NCBI GenBank assembly: GCA_050942955.1
Contig: JBMNOG010000006.1
Location: forward strand, 932 to 64,931
Length of the DNA: 64,000 nucleotides
Reading direction: 5' to 3'
Source of the DNA: Patescibacteria group bacterium
GTDB taxonomy: Bacteria; Patescibacteriota; Microgenomatia; UBA1400; UBA1449
Positions within the stretch are counted from its first letter, which is position 1. The number at the start of each line of letters is the position of its first letter. The notes under the pieces are model-generated. The model searched no databases and was not told the origin of the DNA. It saw only the letters and a program-made list of their open reading frames with translations. Of this stretch, positions 39,195-52,689 are shown one piece after another. The translations under genes and the position numbers were made by a program.

Positions 39195-41351
39195 TTACTG
39201 GTGCTCTGAAGAGACTACAGGCAGTTCAAACCAAAATGTGCTCCCTTTTCCTTTTTCTGAAACTACTCCGAGCTTACCATCAAATTTTTCAATTAAAAGC
39301 TTTGTAATGTATAGTCCTAAACCTGTTCCTAAAACCTTGCCAGCGCTTGATTCTGCTCTGAAAAATTTCTGGAAAAGTTTGTTCTGTTCATCCTGAGTCA
39401 TGCCGTACCCTGTATCCTTAACTTCAAAGCGAACAGTCTGTTCATCAGGTTGAGAAAGGGTAACAGCAATGCTTCCCTTATCAGTGTACTTAATAGCATT
39501 ACTAATGAAATTTGCCACCACTTCATAAATTCGATCTTGATCAACAAATACTTTGTCCTCAATATTCTTTGAAATATTTAAACTGAAATCTAATTCTTTA
39601 TTTCTTGCCTCAATTTTGAATTCTTCAAAAGCAGTTTTTACAATTGTGGCTAAATTGCACTTCCCCATCTGATAAACTAGTCTCCCTTCTTCAATTCTGG
39701 AGACATTGAGCATGTTATTCACCAAACGAATCTCTCTTTCCGCCCCCTCCAAAGCTCCTTCTAAATACTCCCTTACTTCCTTGGAGACTTTACCGGCATC
39801 ACCTTCATTAATCATTGAAAGGTAACCCTTAACCGCAGTTAGTGGAGCTCTTAACTCGTGAGCTGCAACTGAGATAAACTCATCCTTCCTTTTGTCAAGC
39901 TCTTTGAGCTTGCTATTAGCTTCTCGTAGTTGCTCTGTTGCCTCCTTGATCTTAATTTTCAATCTTTCGCTAAATTGCTGGATTTCGGTATACTGCAAAG
40001 CGTTTTGAATAGCTACAGCCAACTGGGGGCCAAGTATTTCCAGGGTTTTAATGTCTTTGCCTGTGTAAATACTTCCCGTCTTCTTATTCCCCAGTGCCAT
40101 TAGCCCCACAATCTCACCCTTGGACTTTAGCTGCACAAAACAACCAAAATCTCCTTTACGCATCACTTTCTTCAGACCTCCTTCTGGAATGTCATCAAAA
40201 ACAATTAAACTGCTTTTGTGGGCAATCAAATCCCGGTATTGTTTTAGAGAAATATTGTGTTCTTTTTCTCCGTTACCAACCTCTGCACAAAGATCAACTT
40301 TACGTTTTGTTACGACATAAAGTCTGCCAAAGTCTACATGAAACGTTCTACTAAGCTGCTGTAACACTCTTTTTGATAATTGCTTTAGTTCTAGTGTTGA
40401 ACCGAGAATAACTGAGATTCTTGAAAGCAGCTCTTGAGGATCATAGTTTTCCTGGAAAAATATCCTGTCTGTACTTTTCTCTAAAAATCTCCTTAAAGGT
40501 TGGAATGTATACGCAACAATCAGGGTCAGTAACACTGAGATCACCAACTGATTTCCATTCAAGGTACTCGGAAGAAGTAACTGCCCTACCCCATAAAGAG
40601 CTACAGTGTAAAAAGTGATAATAATAAGAGAGAGCAAGATGTATGACACCGTCCATGCCACTACCAAGCGGATGTCCATCAGGTGATGAGCTACGATAGC
40701 GTACACTGTGGCAATAACCATGAAAAAGGTAAAGTTAGGACCAAGTGCTACAAAGGTGTAGTTCTTAAACAGAAGAGGTATTGCCAAATTGAATATCAGC
40801 CCAAAGATAATACTGGTTACAGTACCCAGCAGGATGTACTTAATCTGCTGCTTAGAAACACCGGAAACCGCAAAATATTTCTTAACTAAAGTAATTGCCG
40901 CCCACCAAAAAAACGCAATCAGATACGCTGCGTATACATATATTCCTACCCCAGTAACAAGCGGCCGGCTCTCTCCAACAAATTCTATTCTTTCTAAAAC
41001 AAAACCAGGAATTGCAACCAGTGTAGTCAAAATAACAGTGGAGGCTAAAATAAATAGCTTAAGCCATTTCTTAATTTTCCCACTTGGGAAAACGTGTGTG
41101 AAATAGAGTTGGCCCGAAGCAATAGGAATTATACTGGCATATGATAAGATTGCCCAAAAATAAATCCATGTATATGTGTTTGAAAGTCTAAAAGCAAAAT
41201 TAGTAAATGCCCATAGGGCAATTCCAAGCAGAACTACAAAGAACGACCTGTTTATTTTGCTTTGGGGGTTATTAAGGAGAACAATTAAACCAAGTACAAA
41301 GTTAATTAACGTTGTAACAAGAAGCAAAGTTATTTGCCAGTCTACACCCAT
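39195..41351 (-). CDS. Membrane sensor histidine kinase (HisKA_7TM-like N-terminus, GAF, HisKA, HATPase)
   Basis: About 9 TMs starting LGLIVLLNNP.SKINRSF; GAF-like region; H-box AAHELRAPL; NAIKYT, DTGYG, GTGLGL. Confidence 0.93.
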   Translation of the reverse strand: MGVDWQITLLLVTTLINFVLGLIVLLNNPQSKINRSFFVVLLGIALWAFTNFAFRLSNTYTWIYFWAILSYASIIPIASGQLYFTHVFPSGKIKKWLKLFILASTVILTTLVAIPGFVLERIEFVGESRPLVTGVGIYVYAAYLIAFFWWAAITLVKKYFAVSGVSKQQIKYILLGTVTSIIFGLIFNLAIPLLFKNYTFVALGPNFTFFMVIATVYAIVAHHLMDIRLVVAWTVSYILLSLIIITFYTVALYGVGQLLLPSTLNGNQLVISVLLTLIVAYTFQPLRRFLEKSTDRIFFQENYDPQELLSRISVILGSTLELKQLSKRVLQQLSRTFHVDFGRLYVVTKRKVDLCAEVGNGEKEHNISLKQYRDLIAHKSSLIVFDDIPEGGLKKVMRKGDFGCFVQLKSKGEIVGLMALGNKKTGSIYTGKDIKTLEILGPQLAVAIQNALQYTEIQQFSERLKIKIKEATEQLREANSKLKELDKRKDEFISVAAHELRAPLTAVKGYLSMINEGDAGKVSKEVREYLEGALEGAEREIRLVNNMLNVSRIEEGRLVYQMGKCNLATIVKTAFEEFKIEARNKELDFSLNISKNIEDKVFVDQDRIYEVVANFISNAIKYTDKGSIAVTLSQPDEQTVRFEVKDTGYGMTQDEQNKLFQKFFRAESSAGKVLGTGLGLYITKLLIEKFDGKLGVVSEKGKGSTFWFELPVVSSEHQ

Positions 41352-41398
41352 ATATCACTAATTGTAGCAGCTATATTTCTGTTTAAGTAGGTATAGTC

Positions 41399-42193
41399 TT
41401 ACTTTTCGGAAGATTTTAAAGGAGGTTGAGGACATCCCTCCAGAAACCATGCCAGTAGTTTTGGGTTTTTATCTGTCATATTAGTTTTTGCTTCTTCGCT
41501 ACTCATAGTTGAAGCAACGTTAATTTTATCTTTAGCATGGAACTTGTGCTCTACTCCAATTTGCTTAAAAGGGAAACCATATCTTTGAAGAAGCTTCAGT
41601 AAACCTCTGGTCGTTACGATGTACCACTCATCTCTTCCTGTAGCAATAGAGAAATGGTAAGCTGCTTTGTAAAGACACATAGCAGCTTTGTTTCCCTCAG
41701 AAGATTGCCTGAGGTCTTTTTCTACTGCAATCCGAGTTACTTCAAAAGAGTTGTTAGGGTCGTCGTGCCACTCACACTCTGCTTCATTGGGAACCATTTC
41801 TTTAAACGGGCCATCTAACATAAATCCTTTGCCATTAGCAGTGGGGGTTATGAGTCTTACGTACCCAGCCAGCTCCCCTAGCCTATCTTTGTGAAATAAA
41901 CCAATATGAATAGCTGTTTCATCATAATCGTCACTTTTCATCTCTTGTTCTGGGGTTACCCAACCAAGCTCATCAGCAAATACAGCAGTCCGTAGTTGGT
42001 GAATTTTCCTTTTCATTTCTGAATTTGAGTAATCAAGCTGGGAAACCTCAAATGGTCCATCAGTAAATTCAATCCTCTCAGGCAAAGCCTGTCTATTTTC
42101 AAGGATTAATCGAAGATCGCTACTAACATCACTTTCTACAGTAGCCTCTTCTGTTTCAGGAAGAATAACATCCGTTTCCATACGCAGAGTCAT
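41399..42193 (-). CDS. LuxI-family acyl-homoserine-lactone synthase
   Basis: LRTAVFADELGW (R-x3-F-x5-W), SDDYD, GYVRL, FML...PF and FEVTRIAV reproduce the conserved LuxI residue pattern. Confidence 0.8.
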   Translation of the reverse strand: MTLRMETDVILPETEEATVESDVSSDLRLILENRQALPERIEFTDGPFEVSQLDYSNSEMKRKIHQLRTAVFADELGWVTPEQEMKSDDYDETAIHIGLFHKDRLGELAGYVRLITPTANGKGFMLDGPFKEMVPNEAECEWHDDPNNSFEVTRIAVEKDLRQSSEGNKAAMCLYKAAYHFSIATGRDEWYIVTTRGLLKLLQRYGFPFKQIGVEHKFHAKDKINVASTMSSEEAKTNMTDKNPKLLAWFLEGCPQPPLKSSEK

Positions 42194-42275
42194 TTAGTAG
42201 TGCTATTTATTAACAGTAAAGACTTATAGTAATCTTTATACCAGAATACTCACTGAAAGCTTTGTTTGCAACACC

Positions 42276-42314
42276 TTATTAAAAAGCCCTGCAGATTGCA
42301 GGGCTTTTTAATAA
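42276..42314 (-). terminator. Bidirectional terminator after the rpsA unit
   Basis: TTATTAAAAAGCCCTGCA-GAT-TGCAGGGCTTTTTAATAA. Confidence 0.9.
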
Positions 42315-42335
42315 CTATGTAATTATCTTTAGGGC

Positions 42336-42485
42336 TTACTCCTCTTCATCCTTCATACTCTCAAAATACTCTGAGAGTTCTTGTTCGACTTTTTCCCAAT
42401 CCCCCTTTTCTTCCCTGATCGCCTTAAAAACAAGCCTGAAGTCAATGAGAATGGTTTTGTCTGTTACAATCATTTTTTGACTCAT
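42336..42485 (-). CDS. Small acidic protein (49 aa), not in the ORF track
   Basis: AGGAGA SD; MSQKMIVTDKTILIDFRLVFKAIREEKGDWEKVEQELSEYFESMKDEEE*; 11 bp after the rpsA stop and before the terminator. Confidence 0.7.
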   Translation of the reverse strand: MSQKMIVTDKTILIDFRLVFKAIREEKGDWEKVEQELSEYFESMKDEEE

Positions 42486-42496
42486 ATATTCTCCTA

Positions 42497-43966
42497 TTAC
42501 TTGTACCCTACTGGCTTAGCTGAAAGCACCATTCCTAAGCTAATCCGGTGATTGTCAGCATCCAGAGATTCAATGTAGACATCTACTACCTCTCCGACTT
42601 TAACATCAGCATCAGATGGGATCTTGGAAATATGAATTAAGCCCTCAATACCCTTTTCAATCTCAACAAAAGCCCCAAATGGAGCCAAGCGGGTAATAGT
42701 ACCTTTTGTCTTGGTATCGGTAGGATACTTCTTGGCAATTTCTTTCCAGGGATCTTCCTGCAACCGCTTGATGGAGAGGTTGAGCTTACCACTATCTTCA
42801 TCGACATCAATCAACTGGACATCAACCATGTCACCGACTTTAAAGAGTTTGGCAACATCGTTAACTTTTTCCCAGGAAATCTCTGAAATGTGGACCAAGC
42901 CATCCAAGAAGGGACTGTCTGCCTTTTCCGGCTCGAGCATAACTCTGACAAAAATACCAAATGGCATAACTCCGGAAACCTGGCCTTTGTATGTTTCTCC
43001 GACTTTAACTTCAGACAAAAGCTCACCCTGCCGGTCTAAAATATCAGACTCAGATACTGCTTTTTCAGAAAAAATAAGGCGGTTCTTTTCCCGATCCACC
43101 TCGATAACTTTTACCGGGAAAACCTTGTTGTAGAGCTGGTCAAGCTTACCTACCCACTGTCTTCCAAACTGGGAAACAGGGATAAAACCGCGGACATTCA
43201 TAAGTCTGGCAATCATGCCACCTTTGTTAATATCCAGCCCTCTTACCTCTACTTCTTCACCTGTTTCAAGGTATTTATCAAACAATTTCCACTTCCAGTC
43301 ATTAGCGGCCCTGGAAAGAGAAAGGAGAATCTGGCCTTTCTCATTTTCCGGAGAAACAACGGTGGTTAAAACCGTATCACCGACATTAAGAAAGTTAATA
43401 TAGTCTTCAACATACTCCATCTCTTTCTCAATAAGAATACCTTCGGTTTTTGCTCCAATATCAAAAAAGACAGTTCTCTTGCCTTTGTCTGTAATAGTGG
43501 CTTTGACTTCCTGACCTTTTTTAAGACCACGAAGCTCATACCCTGTCATTTCAATAAGCTCATCCATGGAATTGGGCTGGGTTTTTAAGCCTTTACCCTC
43601 AAATGGATCTATCCTCTCTTTCAGGGTTTCTTCAATTACCGAGCGGGCCAAGGTCTCATTGGCTTTATTCTCTGTTGGAGGTTGTGCAGTTTTTTTATCA
43701 TCTGCAGCTTTAGCTTCAACTTCTTTAGCAACTTCTTCCTTTTTAGAAGTCTTGCTTTCTTTTTTAACAGTCTTTTTAGCAGACTTTTTCTCTTTGTCTT
43801 TAGGGGTAGTTTCTTTAATGGGCTTTGTAACCTTGACGGTCTTAGCAGTTTTCGTTTTAGCGGTTTCTGCTTTTTTTGTTTTCGCAGCTGCCGTAACTTC
43901 TTTCTCCTCCTTTTTTATTTGCGTTTTTTTTGCAGTTTCTTCTGCTTTTGTGGTTTTTTTAGCCAT
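42497..43966 (-). CDS. rpsA: 30S ribosomal protein S1 with a long Lys/Glu-rich N-terminal extension
   Basis: Four S1 repeats (GFIPVSQ, DGLVHISEISW, EGLIHISKI); C-terminus KPVGYK. Confidence 0.92.
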   Translation of the reverse strand: MAKKTTKAEETAKKTQIKKEEKEVTAAAKTKKAETAKTKTAKTVKVTKPIKETTPKDKEKKSAKKTVKKESKTSKKEEVAKEVEAKAADDKKTAQPPTENKANETLARSVIEETLKERIDPFEGKGLKTQPNSMDELIEMTGYELRGLKKGQEVKATITDKGKRTVFFDIGAKTEGILIEKEMEYVEDYINFLNVGDTVLTTVVSPENEKGQILLSLSRAANDWKWKLFDKYLETGEEVEVRGLDINKGGMIARLMNVRGFIPVSQFGRQWVGKLDQLYNKVFPVKVIEVDREKNRLIFSEKAVSESDILDRQGELLSEVKVGETYKGQVSGVMPFGIFVRVMLEPEKADSPFLDGLVHISEISWEKVNDVAKLFKVGDMVDVQLIDVDEDSGKLNLSIKRLQEDPWKEIAKKYPTDTKTKGTITRLAPFGAFVEIEKGIEGLIHISKIPSDADVKVGEVVDVYIESLDADNHRISLGMVLSAKPVGYK

Positions 43967-44136
43967 ATTTCAATAACCTTTCTTTAGGATAGTCTTTAAA
44001 GCCTGATTTTCTCCGCCTTAAAGAAAAACAAACATCACGATCAGTTTCACTAGTAACATTACTGATAGGTGTGACGTTACGCTGGTATTATACCAAATTG
44101 GAGTCGACCTTTCGTTTGAAATTGCACTTTGAACAG

Positions 44137-44376
44137 TTACTGTAATAAGTACTGCAAGAAGGTTACAAGGCCGCTAAAAATACTTCTCAGAAGCGGGATT
44201 GAAGCAGGAATTAGGATAATTAGCAGTAGCAACCAAATAAAATTTTTCTTAACCAGATCTACTACCGCAATCACAATAGCAACAAAAATTGCCAAGGAAA
44301 TAAGCCATTGAATCTGGGACGGGAAAATACCTATAAACTGACTGTAAATTGATATTAGCTGGTCAATTAAAGACAT
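44137..44376 (-). CDS. Small hydrophobic membrane protein
   Basis: ATG at 44376 lies 6 nt after TATAAT; two to three TMs. Confidence 0.7.
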   Translation of the reverse strand: MSLIDQLISIYSQFIGIFPSQIQWLISLAIFVAIVIAVVDLVKKNFIWLLLLIILIPASIPLLRSIFSGLVTFLQYLLQ

Positions 44377-44472
44377 GGTTTCATTATAGCTAACAGTGGT
44401 GAAGATTTTAAGAATAACTATGCCTTGCTTCACCCCCCTTTCACAGAAGATTTGCTAAAACTTGAGATTGAA

Positions 44473-45024
44473 ATGGACCAGTATTTTCCTTTAATTATTA
44501 TTACTTCTCTAAGGCTGTTAATCCCTTTAATAATTCTGAGGAAACCGTTTTTAGGAGGTTTAGCTTCTTTTTTGTTGGATTTTGCCGATCTCGGTTTCCT
44601 TAATCTTTTTGGTATTGAGTACTATGATTTTCCTCCATACCAGCTTTGGGACAAAATTCTGGACATGTACTACCTGTTTCTCGCCTTTTACGTGTCTTTA
44701 AGTTGGCACAATCCCGTTACTAGGAAGACTAGCATTATTCTGTTTCTACACAGACTCTTAGGTTTTATTCTGTTTTTGGTCACAAGAAGAGACTTATTTT
44801 TGTTTCTGCTTCCCAATGTCTTTGAGTATTTTTACCTCTACTATTTGGGGTATCTTTTTCTTTTTAAGAATGATCCCTTTACTTCATTTAGGAAACTGGC
44901 AGTACCTGTCTTCATAATAATTGGGGCAAAAATTATTCAGGAATATGTTCTTCACATTGGAAGACAGCCAGTATGGCAGTGGGTAAAAACATTGGGACAA
45001 TCTCTGGTAAATGCAATAAGATAG
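44473..45024 (+). CDS. Hypothetical membrane protein
   Basis: MDQYF..., with LLD..D, YQLWDKILD and PNVFE patterns plus several TMs; start uncertain. Confidence 0.75.
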   Translation: MDQYFPLIIITSLRLLIPLIILRKPFLGGLASFLLDFADLGFLNLFGIEYYDFPPYQLWDKILDMYYLFLAFYVSLSWHNPVTRKTSIILFLHRLLGFILFLVTRRDLFLFLLPNVFEYFYLYYLGYLFLFKNDPFTSFRKLAVPVFIIIGAKIIQEYVLHIGRQPVWQWVKTLGQSLVNAIR

Positions 45025-45033
45025 TTTGGGCAT

Positions 45034-45063
45034 AAAAAACCCTGACACTGTCATTGTCAGGGT
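45034..45063 (-). terminator. Terminator after the 5S rRNA
   Basis: ACCCTGACA-ATGACAG-TGTCAGGG followed by T6. Confidence 0.85.
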
Positions 45064-45082
45064 AAAATACTTGACTTCCCTG

Positions 45083-45200
45083 TTCCGGCTTCGACCTATT
45101 TTCACAATGGGTTGCCCCACTACTATCGTCGGCGCTGAGGCGTTTAACGACTCTGTTCGGAATGGGAAGAGGTGGTGCCACCTCGCTCCAGAAACCGGAA
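45083..45200 (-). rRNA. rrf: 5S rRNA
   Basis: - strand contains CACCTCTTCCCATTCCGAACAGAGTCGTTAAAC; terminal TTCCGG/CCGGAA helix. Confidence 0.95.
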
Positions 45201-45364
45201 CACGAAAGTCAAGCTGAGTAATTTTCAATGTTCAGTGAATAACCTAATACCCAATTATTTGAAAATTGATAATTGTTAATTAATCATTAGCCCAAAGGGC
45301 TTTTTGCTCCTTTAAAAGTGAATAGAAGTTTACAGTAGGAAATGCTCTTGATAGCTTTGCTACA

Positions 45365-48310
<2,946 letters not shown>

Positions 48311-48504
48311 ACAAATAGCAAATGACAATCAAGATTACATTTGCCTACATCTTCTATTCACTTTTAAAAGAGCCAAAATCTCGCCAGCTAAATTGCAAAA
48401 ACACCAGTTTTTCTCAATCTGCCAGTCTGATTTCCTAACTCTTCAGTAGTTAGTCATTGCCGGCTAATAGTGCTTACTAACCTCCAATAACTAACAACCA
48501 AATG

Positions 48505-48577
48505 TGGACCGTGGGAGGATCGAACTCCCGACCTCTACATTGCAAATGTAGCGCTCTCCCAGCTGAGCTAACGGCCC
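48505..48577 (-). tRNA. tRNA-Ala(TGC)
   Basis: GGGCCGTTAGCTCAGCTGGGAGAGCGCTACATTTGCAATGTAGAGGTCGGGAGTTCGATCCTCCCACGGTCCA. Confidence 0.96.
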
Positions 48578-48913
48578 AGATAAGTTCCTATCATCTAAAC
48601 CCTAGATTGCCAGTTTTACCTAAAAGATACTTCTGGCTCAGCTGCCAGCTGATCCCATTTTAGCGGGACAAGGCTAACGGCCCAGAGTCTGTCCTCTTTG
48701 TATATCCACGTATATTAAAAGTGCTCTTGTGGCCCTAACTCTTTCTGAGACATGGCCAAAACTAAAAAAGTCTCCGTTAGGAGACTTGTAAAACCATGCA
48801 CTAAGCCAAAATCACCACCGCCAGCGACAAAATTGTTCAAATTTTGAATGAGACGATGTTGTTGTGATTAATGTTTTAGGCATGCAGAGTAAATCTCCTA
48901 ACATCTATACCGT

Positions 48914-48943
48914 ATTCTATCAGACAAGTTGCCACCAAGTCAA
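48914..48943 (-). promoter_or_regulatory. Internal promoter for tRNA-Ala-23S-5S
   Basis: TTGACT-18 nt-TAGAAT with an extended TG; same -35 as the 16S promoter. Confidence 0.7.
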
Positions 48944-49099
48944 CGGATATTATTGATCAATTTAAAGATCTGTCAGATCTTAAATGGCTTATTCAGCTTC
49001 ATCCATTCATCAACTAAAAGATCAGGTGAGCTTGCCCATCGAAGGATCGGGCATGGAACACGGCTGAATAAGCTAACGTGGAGTAGCCTGATCCATAGG

Positions 49100-49173
49100 T
49101 GGGTGATCTTGGAGTCGAACCAAGGACCTCAGTCTTATCAGGACTGCGCTCTAACCAACTGAGCTAATCACCC
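49100..49173 (-). tRNA. tRNA-Ile(GAT)
   Basis: GGGTGATTAGCTCAGTTGGTTAGAGCGCAGTCCTGATAAGACTGAGGTCCTTGGTTCGACTCCAAGATCACCCA. Confidence 0.96.
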
Positions 49174-49467
49174 AGGGATTCTTCTGTCTAGATATATACC
49201 TCAACAAAGAACTCTCTATTTTACCATGTTTTAAAAACCTTGGGCAGTCATTATATCATTCAAACTCAAAAAACTTCTCCACCATTGAAGCACCAGGATA
49301 CCAAAGATGTATATTGTGTTAGGCAAATAAATTGAGTACATTTTTTCTTGAGTAAAATTCAGAAACTTGCACTTGATACTTATAGTAGAATTATAAGGAT
49401 AGTTCACTCCTTCTTCATATACTTTAACTATAATTATTGAAAACATTACTAAATTAATGGAGATACC

Positions 49468-50085
49468 ATGGCTTTTACCCTTCCTCCACTTCCCTATGAT
49501 TACAATGCGCTTGAGCCTTCAATTGATGAAGAAACAATGCATTTTCATCATGATAAACATCACCAAGGGTATTTAAATAAGTTTAATGATGCCTTAAAGA
49601 AATATCCGGAGTGGCAAGAAAAATCTCTTGAAGAGATTATGGCTAACTTGGAAAAGCTGCCAGAAGAAGTAAAGACAACTGTCCGAAACAATGGTGGCGG
49701 CTACTACAACCATAATCTGTTTTGGGAAGTGATGAAGCCCGACGGCAGTGAGCCATCAAAAGAGATGCTCGCTATTTTAGAAAGCCGTTTTGGCGGCTTA
49801 AAAGAGTTTCAGGATGAGTTCAGTGCTATTGCCGCCAATCACTTTGCCAGCGGCTGGGCGTGGCTGGCTATGAAACCTAACGGCACCCTTACCCTCTATT
49901 CTACTGCCGGACACGATAACCCTCTCATGGTGGGTGAAAAACCTTTGTTAGTTTTAGATGTCTGGGAACATGCCTACTACCTTAAGTATAAAAATGACAG
50001 GGCTGAGTTTATTCGTAATTGGTGGAAGGTGGTTAACTGGGGGAAAGTTGAAGAGAATTATAATAAAGCAAAGGAGACCTTGTGA
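49468..50085 (+). CDS. sodA: Fe/Mn superoxide dismutase
   Basis: LPPLPYDYNALEP, HHDKHH, NNGGGYYNH, SGWAWL, DVWEHAYY. Confidence 0.97.
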   Translation: MAFTLPPLPYDYNALEPSIDEETMHFHHDKHHQGYLNKFNDALKKYPEWQEKSLEEIMANLEKLPEEVKTTVRNNGGGYYNHNLFWEVMKPDGSEPSKEMLAILESRFGGLKEFQDEFSAIAANHFASGWAWLAMKPNGTLTLYSTAGHDNPLMVGEKPLLVLDVWEHAYYLKYKNDRAEFIRNWWKVVNWGKVEENYNKAKETL

Positions 50086-50151
50086 TAACTAGGTAACTCT
50101 CTCCTCTCTATTCATATCTATTTATACATTTTATTAATAAAATGTATAAAC

Positions 50152-50179
50152 AAAAAAACCACCCGCTTGGGTGGTTTTT
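50152..50179. terminator. Bidirectional terminator between sod and the 16S 3' end
   Basis: A7-CCACCC-GCTT-GGGTGG-T5. Confidence 0.88.
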
Positions 50180-50310
50180 AAGAGAATGCAAGATGTGGAA
50201 GAAAAGCCTGTTAATCCTGGAGTTTGATCGGGAAAGAATCTTCCCTTATTGTTTCTTCTGATATTACTACCAGAATGGAAAATCCCGCGTGAGAGGGATT
50301 TACCAAAACT

Positions 50311-51830
<1,520 letters not shown>

Positions 51831-52010
51831 AAAAGTTCCCGCAATAGGCGGGACTATTTCTGAGTAAAGGAATTAACAGGTAAATTCAGATCCGCCAACT
51901 GGCAGATCGAATGATTTCTTCCACATCTTGCACTCCCGTTAGGGTCGTCTAAGCTTGCTAGCTTGAAAGTGAAGACAGGTTTAAAGTACAGATGTGATCG
52001 TAGTATTAAC

Positions 52011-52022
52011 TTGTTAATGTAC
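52011..52022 (-). promoter_or_regulatory. boxA-like motif of the 16S leader
   Basis: GTACATTAACAA, with a second GTACTTTAAAC at about 51979-51989. Confidence 0.6.
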
Positions 52023-52117
52023 TCAAACAGTCAAAAAACCCACCAGTTGGTGGGTTTTCAAAACGTCACAAACTGGTAGTTTACTTCAGTTAATCATAAT
52101 TGATTTTAACTGCATAT

Positions 52118-52146
52118 ATCTTACCAAGCCCATTTTACAAAGTCAA
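52118..52146 (-). promoter_or_regulatory. 16S rRNA promoter
   Basis: TTGACT-17 nt-TAAGAT with an extended TG. Confidence 0.75.
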
Positions 52147-52188
52147 CAGACATATTGGGCTTGCATAAAAGCAGCTGCAATGATCTTT

Positions 52189-52671
52189 TCAACCGATTAT
52201 GTCGTCTTTTTTAAATCCATCTTTTTGGGAATATGCAAAAAGAATAGGAAATATTTCCAGAAATACACTCTTCTAGTAAAATATATATCAAGAAATCACA
52301 GACAAACTTCCCCGCATTATAAGAGATAGCACTCCCTTCATCAGCTTTAATCTTTAAATTAGAAATTAGTAAATAAACAATCGGATCCAGTTTCTACAAT
52401 CTTCTTTTCTTATAGATTTTCTTGTTCACTCCCAAAACTGTTCACTGCCTTTTTCTCAATTCGTATCTTTTCGCCTCTAGAACATTGCCTCAATCAAAAG
52501 ATAATGTCAGGCTCGTAGAATTCCATTAAGTTTAAAAATACTTGCTTATTAAATTCGGTTTGTAAAAGTATCCGAAATACGCCTTCTCTCTAATGTTCTT
52601 TATACTTCTTCACTGATATTCGTATTGTCTCTCTTAAACGGTCTAAAGGCGTAAATTAGTATTTTCTTCAT
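52189..52671 (-). pseudogene. pcp: Degraded pyroglutamyl-peptidase I (peptidase C15)
   Basis: Fragments in different frames: MKKILIYAFRPF..NISEEV*; EPDIIF*LRQCSRGEKIRIEKKAVN; ISYNAGKFVCDFLIY; FLHIP. Several stops and frameshifts. Confidence 0.8.
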
Positions 52672-52689
52672 AACAAAGAGGTTATGTTC

